From: a virus
IMG/VR virus record: IMGVR_UViG_3300045988_139610
DNA: 64,000 bases
Direction: 5' to 3' (one strand)
The notes beneath the pieces were generated by a model. The model saw nothing but the letters and a program-made list of their open reading frames with translations. It was not told the DNA's origin and did no database searches. Numbering within the stretch: the stretch's first letter is position 1; every line of letters starts with the position of its first letter. Positions 52,604 to 61,581 of the stretch are shown piece by piece. The translations under genes were made by a program, and so were the position numbers.

Positions 52604-52795
52604 ATGATATTTAAAGAAGGAAAAACATTAGAAATAAAAGTATCAAGAGTTAAAGAAACTGATAATGGTATTATTATTGAAGAGCTAGATAAAGATGGCT
52701 ATGGTTTAGAAACATTTTCATTAGAAGATTTATTTAGTAATTTTATTGGAGAGGATAAAGTTAAAATTAAGATAGAAAATGTAAATGAAAGATAA
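52604..52795 (+). CDS. hypothetical protein
   Basis: start moved to the ATG (MIFKEGK…) after GGGGAGTGG. Confidence 0.55.
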   Translation: MIFKEGKTLEIKVSRVKETDNGIIIEELDKDGYGLETFSLEDLFSNFIGEDKVKIKIENVNER

Positions 52796-52852
52796 TTAAA
52801 TAAGGGAGGTACAAAACCTCCCAATTATTTTTTTGTTTATTTGGAGGGAATT

Positions 52853-53980
52853 ATGAATAAAAAAGGATTAATACAGGATTGTTTAAATAAACTTAATAAA
52901 TTAAATGATATGTCATGGGAAGATATAAATAGAAAATATGAAACAGATTATTCAGATGACCATTTAAGAAAATTAGCATATGGATTTAAATTATATTCTG
53001 AAACTATAAATGAAAATGATATAGACAGCAAAACATTAGCTGAAATAAAAAAGGAAAAAATAAAGTTAACCGATTTAAGAACAGAAGTGAATAGACAATT
53101 AAGAGGGTTATCTAGGATGGAAAATGTAATGAATTTAATAAGTGAAGAAATCAATAATTTAAATTCAAGAAATCCATTATTGAATCGCTATGTTCCAAAA
53201 GAAGATTCTAGTGGGAAAGACGGAATTTTGATATTAAGTGATTTACATATTTCTATGACTGTAGAAAATTCAATAAATAAATATAATAAAGATATAGCTA
53301 TAAAAAGGTTAGATAAAATAATTGATAAAACAATAGAACATTGTATTGATAATAATATAGATAAATTACATTTAGTATTGAACGGAGATTTAATATCTGG
53401 TGAATTACATAATAGTATTAAATTATCTAATCAAGAATCTTTGGTAAAACAAATAGTAAGTGTTAGTGAAATAATATCACAGGTAATAGAAAAACTATCA
53501 AATTATTTTTATTTAACTGTAACTCAAAATAATGGTAATCATGAAGCAGTAGAAATGATTAAAGACGATAGAAGTAATGGCAATAATTATTCCATGTTAT
53601 TAAATGAAATGATTAAAATGAGAGTATCAAATTTATCAAATGTTGTATTTTTAAATTCAATAAATAACGGTGAATTATCTATAATGAATGTAAAAGAAAA
53701 TACAGTTGTTTCATGTCATGGTGACCAAGTTAATTTAAATAAAGTAAGTGAAGAACTATCTATGGTTATAGGTGGTGAAAACATAGATTTAATTTTATTA
53801 GGACATTATCATCAACCTAAAATGTTTTCACAATATAATACAGATATATATGTGAACGGAAGTTTGATTTCAACAGATGATTATGCTATGAAGAAAAAAT
53901 TATATAACAAACCTTCTCAAACATTATTAATACTTGATGAAGATGGAGTAGTTGCAAGTTATGTAATGAAAGTTGAATAA
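52853..53980 (+). CDS. calcineurin-like metallophosphoesterase
   Basis: LSDLH, NGDLISG, NGNHE, HGD and GHYH motifs in canonical order; start set to the ATG after GGAGGG. Confidence 0.8.
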   Translation: MNKKGLIQDCLNKLNKLNDMSWEDINRKYETDYSDDHLRKLAYGFKLYSETINENDIDSKTLAEIKKEKIKLTDLRTEVNRQLRGLSRMENVMNLISEEINNLNSRNPLLNRYVPKEDSSGKDGILILSDLHISMTVENSINKYNKDIAIKRLDKIIDKTIEHCIDNNIDKLHLVLNGDLISGELHNSIKLSNQESLVKQIVSVSEIISQVIEKLSNYFYLTVTQNNGNHEAVEMIKDDRSNGNNYSMLLNEMIKMRVSNLSNVVFLNSINNGELSIMNVKENTVVSCHGDQVNLNKVSEELSMVIGGENIDLILLGHYHQPKMFSQYNTDIYVNGSLISTDDYAMKKKLYNKPSQTLLILDEDGVVASYVMKVE

Positions 53981-53989
53981 TTAATTAAA

Positions 53990-54020
53990 CCACTCGAATA
54001 AGAGTGGTATTTTTATTTTA
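53990..54020 (+). terminator. rho-independent terminator
   Basis: CCACTC-GAATAA-GAGTGG followed by TATTTTTATTTT. Confidence 0.75.
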
Positions 54021-54106
54021 AGGATTGAAATGATATTGATAATTATATCAGTATTTTTTGAGTCTTTAAAATAAGGCTCAAAATTCATAATAAATTCTCC
54101 CCTTTA

Positions 54107-54150
54107 GGTTACGGCTAAAAACTCCTTCCATTAGTCGTAACCATTTTTTT
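54107..54150 (+). terminator. terminator-like 11-bp hairpin plus U-tract 25 nt before the packaging genes
   Basis: GGTTACGGCTA-14 nt loop-TAGTCGTAACC (one G.U pair) followed by ATTTTTTT. Confidence 0.6.
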
Positions 54151-54175
54151 CATTTTTTAAAGGAGAGTGATAAAA

Positions 54176-55021
54176 ATGGCAGACACAAAACAATGTTCAG
54201 CTACAGGTAAATTTAAACCTACCGTTAGAGATTTCTACTCTACACAATCAATGCTTTATGAACATGATAAGAAATTGCCTATGAGTAAAGAAGTGGTTGA
54301 CAAGTATTTTAAAAAGTTATTAAAAAATTACAATAACGACCATAGGTTGGCTTTCATACATTTATGTATGGTTTTAGATATGTATTATGACGAAGAAACG
54401 TATTTAAAGTGTGTTGAGAAATATGGTAATAATTTTTTAGGTAATTATACTAGAATAATTAATAGAGATAAAGCATTTAAAGGATTGACATCATTAGACA
54501 ATATGCTTACTTATGATGGTGTAACCAATATTATTACTGGAGAAACAGTTACTTCAAGTGAAATTGTTGACTTTTGGGGTAAGGGATTTCAAGATGACGA
54601 ATATGAGCTACTTCAAAGAAAATATGAACAATACACAGATAATTACCCATCTAAAACTACCCAAGAAGTTAATCTTATCAAAACCATATGTATGTTAGAA
54701 GTGCTTAGGGAAAGAGCCGTAGTTAAGAATGACCCAAAGGCATTTGAAAATTTAACTAATCAAATTTCCAAACGTATGGAAGAACTTAATATATTACCTT
54801 CTAAAATGAGTAAATATGGCGAAGACGATAATTTAAGTTATGGGAATTTAATAGCAATAATAGAGAAAAATGAACCTATCCCAGATGTTCATTCAGAATA
54901 TAATGATGTTGATAGAATTAAATGGTGGCTAAATCGTTATTTCTTAAATCCTATCAAGAAATTAATGAATAATGATTCAACTCCTTATACAGAGGAGGAC
55001 GAGCGTGGATATGGAGAATAA
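54176..55021 (+). CDS. putative terminase small subunit
   Basis: position immediately upstream of and overlapping terL; no motif; start set to the ATG after AAGGAGAG. Confidence 0.4.
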   Translation: MADTKQCSATGKFKPTVRDFYSTQSMLYEHDKKLPMSKEVVDKYFKKLLKNYNNDHRLAFIHLCMVLDMYYDEETYLKCVEKYGNNFLGNYTRIINRDKAFKGLTSLDNMLTYDGVTNIITGETVTSSEIVDFWGKGFQDDEYELLQRKYEQYTDNYPSKTTQEVNLIKTICMLEVLRERAVVKNDPKAFENLTNQISKRMEELNILPSKMSKYGEDDNLSYGNLIAIIEKNEPIPDVHSEYNDVDRIKWWLNRYFLNPIKKLMNNDSTPYTEEDERGYGE

Positions 55022-55484
55022 ATTAAAATGTAAACAAAGAAAAAACTTAAAAAAGGATTCATATGAAAATTTATTAGATGGTGTAAAAATATGGACTGAA
55101 TATTTTAGAAAGAATCCACATAGATTTTGTATGGATTTTTTAGGAATTAATCTATATTGGTTTCAACAAGTATTGCTTTATATGATGAATATATGCACTA
55201 ATTTCTGCTTCACAGCATCAAGAGGTCTTGGAAAGACATTCTTAACGGCTATATTTGTATGTTGTAGAGCAATATTATATCCAGGTTCTAAAATAATAGT
55301 TGCATCTGGTAATAAAGACCAAGCAGGATTAATTATAACCGAGAAAATTGAAGATTTACAAAGGAATTATCCCGCATTGGCAAAAGAGATTAAAAAAATT
55401 CAAAACAATAAAGATAATGTTAAATGTATATTTAAAAATGGTTCTGTAATAACTGCAATAGCATCTAATGATGGAGCTAGAGGT
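55011..55484 (+). CDS. terL: terminase large subunit, exon 1 (ATPase Walker A)
   Basis: FTASRGLGKT Walker A; frame runs …ASNDGARG and then hits TAA at 55485; start ATG 55011 (GTG 55005 also possible). Confidence 0.75.
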
Positions 55485-56738
55485 TAAAAATTTATTTTAA
55501 AGTCAAATTTTTACAAGGAATTTAAAGGAGTGTAAGCCTTTGTTCCTTCTCTTAAATAAATAAGAGAGAAGGTGTTTATAATGTCAAGATGGACTGATGA
55601 AGAAGAAAAGAAATTAGAAGAAATACATGACAAATATACAGTTAAGGAAATTGCAAAAATACTAAATAAAAGTGAAGCGTCTATTGATTGTAAGAAAAGA
55701 AGAATGGGATTGACTGTAAATATAAATTCTAAAGATAGGGGAGACCAATACTTTTTTGACAGTATAGATACTGAAGAAAAAGCATATTGGCTAGGGTTTA
55801 TATATGCCGACGGTTACATAATCTCTTCTGATAGAAATTATGAATTAGGTATCGAATTAAATTATAAAGATGTAGAACATTTGGAAAAGTTTAATAAAAT
55901 ATTCAATAACTATTATAAAATATCTGAGAAAATAGGAGCTTATAACTCAATAGAAAGATTTAATGGAAAAGAAGAGACAAATAGAAAGTCTGAAACTTGC
56001 TTAATAAGAGTATATAGCAAAACTATTTATGAAGGCTTAGCTAAAAATGGCATAGTCCAAAATAAGACATATTCAACTATTTTTCCTAAAATAGAAGATA
56101 AAGTTTTATTTCTTCATTTTTTGAGAGGGTATATTGATGGTGACGGGTCTTATTGCATTAAAAAAGTTAAAGGACATAAATATCCTAGAATATCAATACA
56201 GGCAAAGAATAAATTAGCACTTCAATACATAGTTGATAAATTAAATGAAGATTTTGGCATAAAAGCTTACATACACAAAGATAGAGAATGTTTTAAATTT
56301 GAAATAAGTAGAAAACATGATTGTTTAAAATTAATGGATTTAATGTATGATAATGCCACTGTATATTTAGATAGAAAATTTGACAAAGTTAATGAAATAA
56401 AAAGTATAGCCTAGTATTATGCAAATTCTCAAGTGCATAATACCGTAAACGGGATGTATCGGTCTAGCTGAAAGTACGTAAAAATTATAACCTTACTAAG
56501 TTAAGGAGGAATAAGCTGAGAAGAAAGGCTAAGTCCTAAAGGATAGTGCTGATACCGAGGGTAATAATATCTAATATTACCTGTAACGAATAGGAGATGA
56601 GCGTTAAGATGAAAGTAATAATTCTCCCACGAGCTTCCGTCACTCATTGAGAATTAATTATGAGAGTGAAAATTTATTCTGAGCTTGCAGGAAACTGTAA
56701 GAACTATAAGATAAAAAGCTTATAGGATAACAAAACTG
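55485..56738 (+). mobile_element. group I intron in terL carrying a LAGLIDADG homing endonuclease ORF
   Basis: exon 1 ends in T (55484) and the intron ends in G (56738); joining gives …GARG|QRCNILVADEY… (Walker B); the 3' 320 nt are GC-richer and hairpin-rich. Confidence 0.7.
55581..56414 (+). CDS. LAGLIDADG homing endonuclease (double-motif)
   Basis: WLGFIYADGYI and FLRGYIDGDGSY motifs; N-terminal HTH-like region. Confidence 0.85.
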   Translation: MSRWTDEEEKKLEEIHDKYTVKEIAKILNKSEASIDCKKRRMGLTVNINSKDRGDQYFFDSIDTEEKAYWLGFIYADGYIISSDRNYELGIELNYKDVEHLEKFNKIFNNYYKISEKIGAYNSIERFNGKEETNRKSETCLIRVYSKTIYEGLAKNGIVQNKTYSTIFPKIEDKVLFLHFLRGYIDGDGSYCIKKVKGHKYPRISIQAKNKLALQYIVDKLNEDFGIKAYIHKDRECFKFEISRKHDCLKLMDLMYDNATVYLDRKFDKVNEIKSIA

Positions 56739-58013
56739 CAAAGATGCAATATATTAGTTGCAGACGAGTATCGTCTTATAAAATTAGATGTAATTAATTC
56801 GGTTTTAAAGCAATTCTTAACTAATCCAAGAAAACCACCATTCTTAGAAAAAGAAGAATATAAAGATTATCCTCTTGAAAGCAACATGGAACTATATTTA
56901 AGTTCGAGTTGGCTGAAATCACATTGGAGTTATGAGAAATTCACCGGAATATTAACTAGAATGCTTGAAGGTGGTAAGGCATTTGCTTGTGCTATTCCTT
57001 ATTTAGCTTCTTTAGACCACAAACTTGTACTGAAAGATAAAATTGAAGAAGACAAAGAGGATATGGGTGAATTCGTATTTAATATGGAATATGGTTGTAT
57101 ATGGCATGGACAAAGTGGAGATTGCTTCTTTAATACATCTGATATGTTAAATGCTAGAGTTTTAAAGAATTGTTATTATCCATTAACGGATGACGATTAT
57201 AGAAATCCAGATAAAAAGAAAAAGGAATTAAAACAAATGCCTAAAAAGAAAGATGAAATAAGGATAATTTCAGTCGACGTAGCTACAGCAAAAGCTAACA
57301 AATCAAATAAAAATGATAACTCTATTTTTACTTTATGGAGATTACTTCCTAGTGGAAATAATATTATTAGAGAAGTTGTTTATATGGAATCACATAATGG
57401 TATGAAGTTTGAAAAACAAGCCACTAGAATTAAGAGATTATATACAGAGTTTAAAGCAGACAAAATTATCATAGACGGTGGTGGTTTAGGTATAGCTGTA
57501 ATACAAGAAATGGAAAAATCATCTTATGACGAAAATATTGATGAACATTACGAACCTTTTGGCATTTATGATATGAGTACGCAATCAAAAGATTTTCAAC
57601 CTTTAAAAAATGGTATAAATTGTATATATGTAATTAAAGGGAATCAAAAAATAAATAATGATTGTGCAGTATATCTTAAAAATGCTTTTAGTAGTAAAAA
57701 AATAAGATTATTAATAGAAGAAAATGAAAAAAGAGGAGATTTTAGTAAAGACTTAAAATATCATCAAGACGCAGAATATCATGCTAATAAAATAGCACCA
57801 TTTATTCAAACATCTAATTTTATATTTGAATCAATAAACTTAGATTATGAAACTATGGGGAATGGTGATATAGTTCTTAAAGAAAAAGGAAGAAATCGTA
57901 AGGATAGATATTCTTCTATTACTTATGGTAATTATTTAGCAGAATTGATAGAAAGAGATATAAGAAAGAAAAATAGGAATAAGAAAAAGAGACATATTTT
58001 CTTGGCTAATTAA
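56739..58013 (+). CDS. terL: terminase large subunit, exon 2 (Walker B plus nuclease domain)
   Basis: frame open from 56715; NILVADEYRLI Walker B; the track ORF 56886..58013 is the ATG-limited part. Confidence 0.7.
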   Translation, partial: QRCNILVADEYRLIKLDVINSVLKQFLTNPRKPPFLEKEEYKDYPLESNMELYLSSSWLKSHWSYEKFTGILTRMLEGGKAFACAIPYLASLDHKLVLKDKIEEDKEDMGEFVFNMEYGCIWHGQSGDCFFNTSDMLNARVLKNCYYPLTDDDYRNPDKKKKELKQMPKKKDEIRIISVDVATAKANKSNKNDNSIFTLWRLLPSGNNIIREVVYMESHNGMKFEKQATRIKRLYTEFKADKIIIDGGGLGIAVIQEMEKSSYDENIDEHYEPFGIYDMSTQSKDFQPLKNGINCIYVIKGNQKINNDCAVYLKNAFSSKKIRLLIEENEKRGDFSKDLKYHQDAEYHANKIAPFIQTSNFIFESINLDYETMGNGDIVLKEKGRNRKDRYSSITYGNYLAELIERDIRKKNRNKKKRHIFLAN

Positions 58014-58030
58014 AAAGGTGGTGAAAATGT

Positions 58031-59497
58031 TTGAACGAAGGGAAAGATAATAGAAAGAATAATTTAGAATTTGCACAGAAATCTTCTATGATTGATATAA
58101 ATAGTATAGATAAGGTAGCTAGTAGTAGAAAGAGAAGTAAAGTTGATACGGATACAATAGCTAGTGCCTTAGAAAATCCTTATTCTAATGTTACTACACT
58201 ACAACAACAATCTGAATTAATGAGGGTTATTAATGGTAATTTAAAAGAAATAATAAATTATAAATCGAATTTATTAACTTACGACCATTATTTAGTCCCA
58301 TTAGATGCGAGTAAATTTATAACTAAAGGACAAGATAACTTTTTTAAATCTTACAGAAAAGCCTGTTTAGAGTTAGAAAAATATAATTTAAAAACTCTTT
58401 GTCCCTGGATTTTAGAAAGCGAATTTAGAAAAGGAGAAATATATTTATATAAACAAGAAACAAGTGATAATATTACATTTGTTTCTTTACCAGAAGATTT
58501 ATGCAAAGTTACTTATACCGAATCTTTTATGTTAGGTTATAGTATAAAACTTAGTGGTATTAATACTAAACAATTAGGATATTACCCAATAGATATTCAA
58601 AATTTATACGCTGATTATAAAGCAGGTAAATTGAAAAATGATGAAAATTTCATAGACAACTATTACATGTTACCACTTGAAAATGCAATAGCTTTTCTTC
58701 CAGAAGTAATAGATAGTAAAGGTATTCCATATTATTCTGGATTACTTTTAGATTTAAGTAGAATAAAAGATTTATCAGACGCTAGTATGGAAAATATTGA
58801 AGCTAATAACTTCAAATTAATTCACCAATTATTACCTTCAGATGAAGATGGAGAATTAAGTATAGAACCAGAAACAGCAATATTTTATCATAAATCATTA
58901 GTCAAGAATGTTAGAGATGGTATAGGAGTTGTAAGTTCACCTTACCCAATAGATTCTGTTTCATTACAAACTAATAAAATTTCTGATTATGGAGAAATAA
59001 ATAATTTAACTAATAATGTATACGATACAGCTGGTATAGATAGCAATTTATTTAATGGAGATAACAAGTCTGGTACACAAATGACAATTTATAGTGGTAT
59101 CGTTGATAGTTTAATGCCATTAAATCTATTAGATAGAATTAAAATATGGTTGAATTATGCTTTTAGTAAAAATTCAGCATTAAAGAATTTCAAATTATGT
59201 TTTTGTGATACCACTAAATATAATAAAGAGGAAAAAATACAATCTAGTTGTAATAGATTGGCTACTTGGACTTCTAAATTTGAGTATTTAGCAATATGTG
59301 GATATTCTCCATTAGAAGCATTAAATATACTTCAAATAGAAAGTATATTAGACTTTGGTAACTTAATGTCTCCATTATTAAATGCACATACGATGAGTGG
59401 AACTGATGTTGGAGATGTGGGTGGCAGACCTACAGCTGGGGAAGAGTCTGGAAATCCAAATAAAGCACCAGAGGCAGATAACGCAGGTGATTATTAA
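58031..59497 (+). CDS. putative portal protein
   Basis: 488 aa, directly after terL; TTG start 8 nt after GGTGGTG; positional/size inference. Confidence 0.55.
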   Translation: MNEGKDNRKNNLEFAQKSSMIDINSIDKVASSRKRSKVDTDTIASALENPYSNVTTLQQQSELMRVINGNLKEIINYKSNLLTYDHYLVPLDASKFITKGQDNFFKSYRKACLELEKYNLKTLCPWILESEFRKGEIYLYKQETSDNITFVSLPEDLCKVTYTESFMLGYSIKLSGINTKQLGYYPIDIQNLYADYKAGKLKNDENFIDNYYMLPLENAIAFLPEVIDSKGIPYYSGLLLDLSRIKDLSDASMENIEANNFKLIHQLLPSDEDGELSIEPETAIFYHKSLVKNVRDGIGVVSSPYPIDSVSLQTNKISDYGEINNLTNNVYDTAGIDSNLFNGDNKSGTQMTIYSGIVDSLMPLNLLDRIKIWLNYAFSKNSALKNFKLCFCDTTKYNKEEKIQSSCNRLATWTSKFEYLAICGYSPLEALNILQIESILDFGNLMSPLLNAHTMSGTDVGDVGGRPTAGEESGNPNKAPEADNAGDY

Positions 59498-59518
59498 AAA
59501 AAATAAGGAGGTGATATA

Positions 59519-60370
59519 ATGGATTATAATATTTTATCAACAAATCCTTATGAAAATTATATATGTAAAGGAATACAACTTTCTAATATACAAGTTTTAC
59601 ATGAACAAGGATATAACGGAAAAAGACAAAGAGTTTGTATTATTGATACAGGTTCACATTCTCATTCATTTATAGTTAATAATATTGTATCAGGCAAAAA
59701 TTTTACAAATGAAGGAACTTCAGAAGATTATACTGATAAAAATAATCATGGTAGTTTCTGTATAGGTGAGGTAATACAAATAGCACCAGAGTGTGAAGTA
59801 GTAGTTGCTAAAGTACTAAACTCTAAAGGTGAAGGTGATATGAAAAGTATTATAAATGCTTTTAAATATGCCTTAGAACAAAATGTTCATGTAATATCTA
59901 TGAGTTTAGGAAGTACCAAAAGTGATGAAGAATTACATGAATTAGTAAAAGAAGCTAATACACGTGGTATTCTTGTTGTTACTTCAGCAGGTAATGACGG
60001 TGATGGAAATGCAAATACAGATGAATATGGATATCCTGCTAGTTATCAAGAATGTGTAAACGTTGGTGCAGTAAATCAAGATTTATCTATTGCAAAATAT
60101 AGTAATTCAAATGAATGGGTAGATATAGTAGCTTGTGGAACAAATATTGTTTCATGTTATTTTAATAATAAATGGTGTTTATCAAGTGGAACTTCAATGA
60201 GCGCACCTATAGTCGCAGGGACAGCATTATTATTAAGAGAAAAATTTATAAATAAATATGGTAGAACTCCTTCAGAAGAAGAATTATATGCAAGACTTAT
60301 TAAGCATACTAAAGACTTGGGTATAAGTTCAAAACTTCAAGGTGAGGGATTTTTATATATAAATGAGTAG
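59519..60370 (+). CDS. subtilisin-like (S8) serine protease
   Basis: triad contexts IIDTGS (Asp), NHGSFC (His), GTSMSAP (Ser) plus SAGNDG oxyanion Asn. Confidence 0.85.
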   Translation: MDYNILSTNPYENYICKGIQLSNIQVLHEQGYNGKRQRVCIIDTGSHSHSFIVNNIVSGKNFTNEGTSEDYTDKNNHGSFCIGEVIQIAPECEVVVAKVLNSKGEGDMKSIINAFKYALEQNVHVISMSLGSTKSDEELHELVKEANTRGILVVTSAGNDGDGNANTDEYGYPASYQECVNVGAVNQDLSIAKYSNSNEWVDIVACGTNIVSCYFNNKWCLSSGTSMSAPIVAGTALLLREKFINKYGRTPSEEELYARLIKHTKDLGISSKLQGEGFLYINE

Positions 60371-60380
60371 GTGATATATT

Positions 60381-60566
60381 ATGAATAAATTCATATATGC
60401 ATTTAATAAAGAAGATAAACATGAACTTTTAAATCGAGGATTAGTGTTTTTATCTGAAGGTATTATAGATAATAAAACTGTTTATATTTTTCTTAATAGT
60501 ACTAAAGTTAAATTCAGTAATGAAGATAAAAGAAAATTCATGTTTTCTAATAAATTATTTTTCTAA
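60381..60566 (+). CDS. hypothetical protein
   Basis: 61-aa ORF with SD TAGGTGA. Confidence 0.5.
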   Translation: MNKFIYAFNKEDKHELLNRGLVFLSEGIIDNKTVYIFLNSTKVKFSNEDKRKFMFSNKLFF

Positions 60567-60586
60567 GAAGAAAGGGGGTGTGAATT

Positions 60587-61579
60587 ATGTATTACAATGA
60601 GAATCATAATCAAAAAGTCTTAAAACGTAAGGATAATTATAAATATATAGGAAGTTATCGTGCTAATGAGATAACTATAGATGGTAAATGTAATAAAAGA
60701 AAAGTATTTATCCGAGTTAAATGTCCTTACTGTGGTAAAGAATATGATATAAGGTTAGATGGTTTCCAAAACGGTAATAAATGTACTAATTGTTGTAATG
60801 AATATGAAAATAGTTTTGCTTATTATATACAACAAGAATTACAAGAGCCTTTAAATAAATATTGGGATTGGGAAGAGAATAATAAGTTAGGTATTAACCC
60901 ATATTTAATTTATAAAACATCTCGAAAACAAATTTGGATAAAGTGTGATAAAATTGATTATCACGACAATTACAAAACAACTCCTGCCGGTTTTACTATA
61001 GGAAACAGATGCCCATATTGTTCACATAATTCTGGTAAAGTACACCCCAAAGATAGTTTTGGAGCTTTATACCCAGACAAGACAAAATGTTGGTCTCCTA
61101 ACAATAAAAAGTCACCTTATGAAACAACAGCTAAAAGTGGCAAAAAATATAAATTTATATGTGAAAAATGTGGAAAAGAATTTAAAATTAGTCCACATGA
61201 ATTAAATAGAAGAGGTTTAGGTGTATTGTGTAACGATTGCAATTCTTATAAAGGAGAATTTTATATTAAAAAATGGTTAAATAAAAATAATATTTACTAC
61301 ATTTATAATAGATGTTATTTCGATGACTTAACAGGTGTGAATGGAGGAAAATTAAAACCAGATTTTATATTACCAGACTATAAGATTTGGATAGAGTATG
61401 ATGGAGAGCAACATTTTGAATGGCAAGAAACTTGGATGAGTAAAGAAAAATTTGAAACATTACAAAAACATGACAGAATTAAAGATGAATATGCTAAAAA
61501 GCATAATTGGAAGATTATAAGAATCCCATATTGGGATTTTAATAATATAAATATCATTTTAGAAGGAGGTGTAAGTTAG
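60587..61579 (+). CDS. multi-Zn-ribbon protein with C-terminal PD-(D/E)xK (Vsr/DUF559-like) nuclease domain; homing-endonuclease-like
   Basis: repeated CPYC/CxxC ribbons and W-x-W…CPYCS blocks; C-terminal KPDFILPDYKIWIEYDGEQHF…HDRIKDEY…IRIPY. Confidence 0.6.
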   Translation: MYYNENHNQKVLKRKDNYKYIGSYRANEITIDGKCNKRKVFIRVKCPYCGKEYDIRLDGFQNGNKCTNCCNEYENSFAYYIQQELQEPLNKYWDWEENNKLGINPYLIYKTSRKQIWIKCDKIDYHDNYKTTPAGFTIGNRCPYCSHNSGKVHPKDSFGALYPDKTKCWSPNNKKSPYETTAKSGKKYKFICEKCGKEFKISPHELNRRGLGVLCNDCNSYKGEFYIKKWLNKNNIYYIYNRCYFDDLTGVNGGKLKPDFILPDYKIWIEYDGEQHFEWQETWMSKEKFETLQKHDRIKDEYAKKHNWKIIRIPYWDFNNINIILEGGVS

Positions 61580-61581
61580 AA

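Noticed and set aside
55485-56738. Intein as the explanation for the split terminase
   Set aside because: The exon 1 frame hits TAA immediately. The endonuclease ORF has its own SD and start, and is flanked by about 95 and about 320 nt of non-coding sequence, so the insertion is not an in-frame protein insertion.
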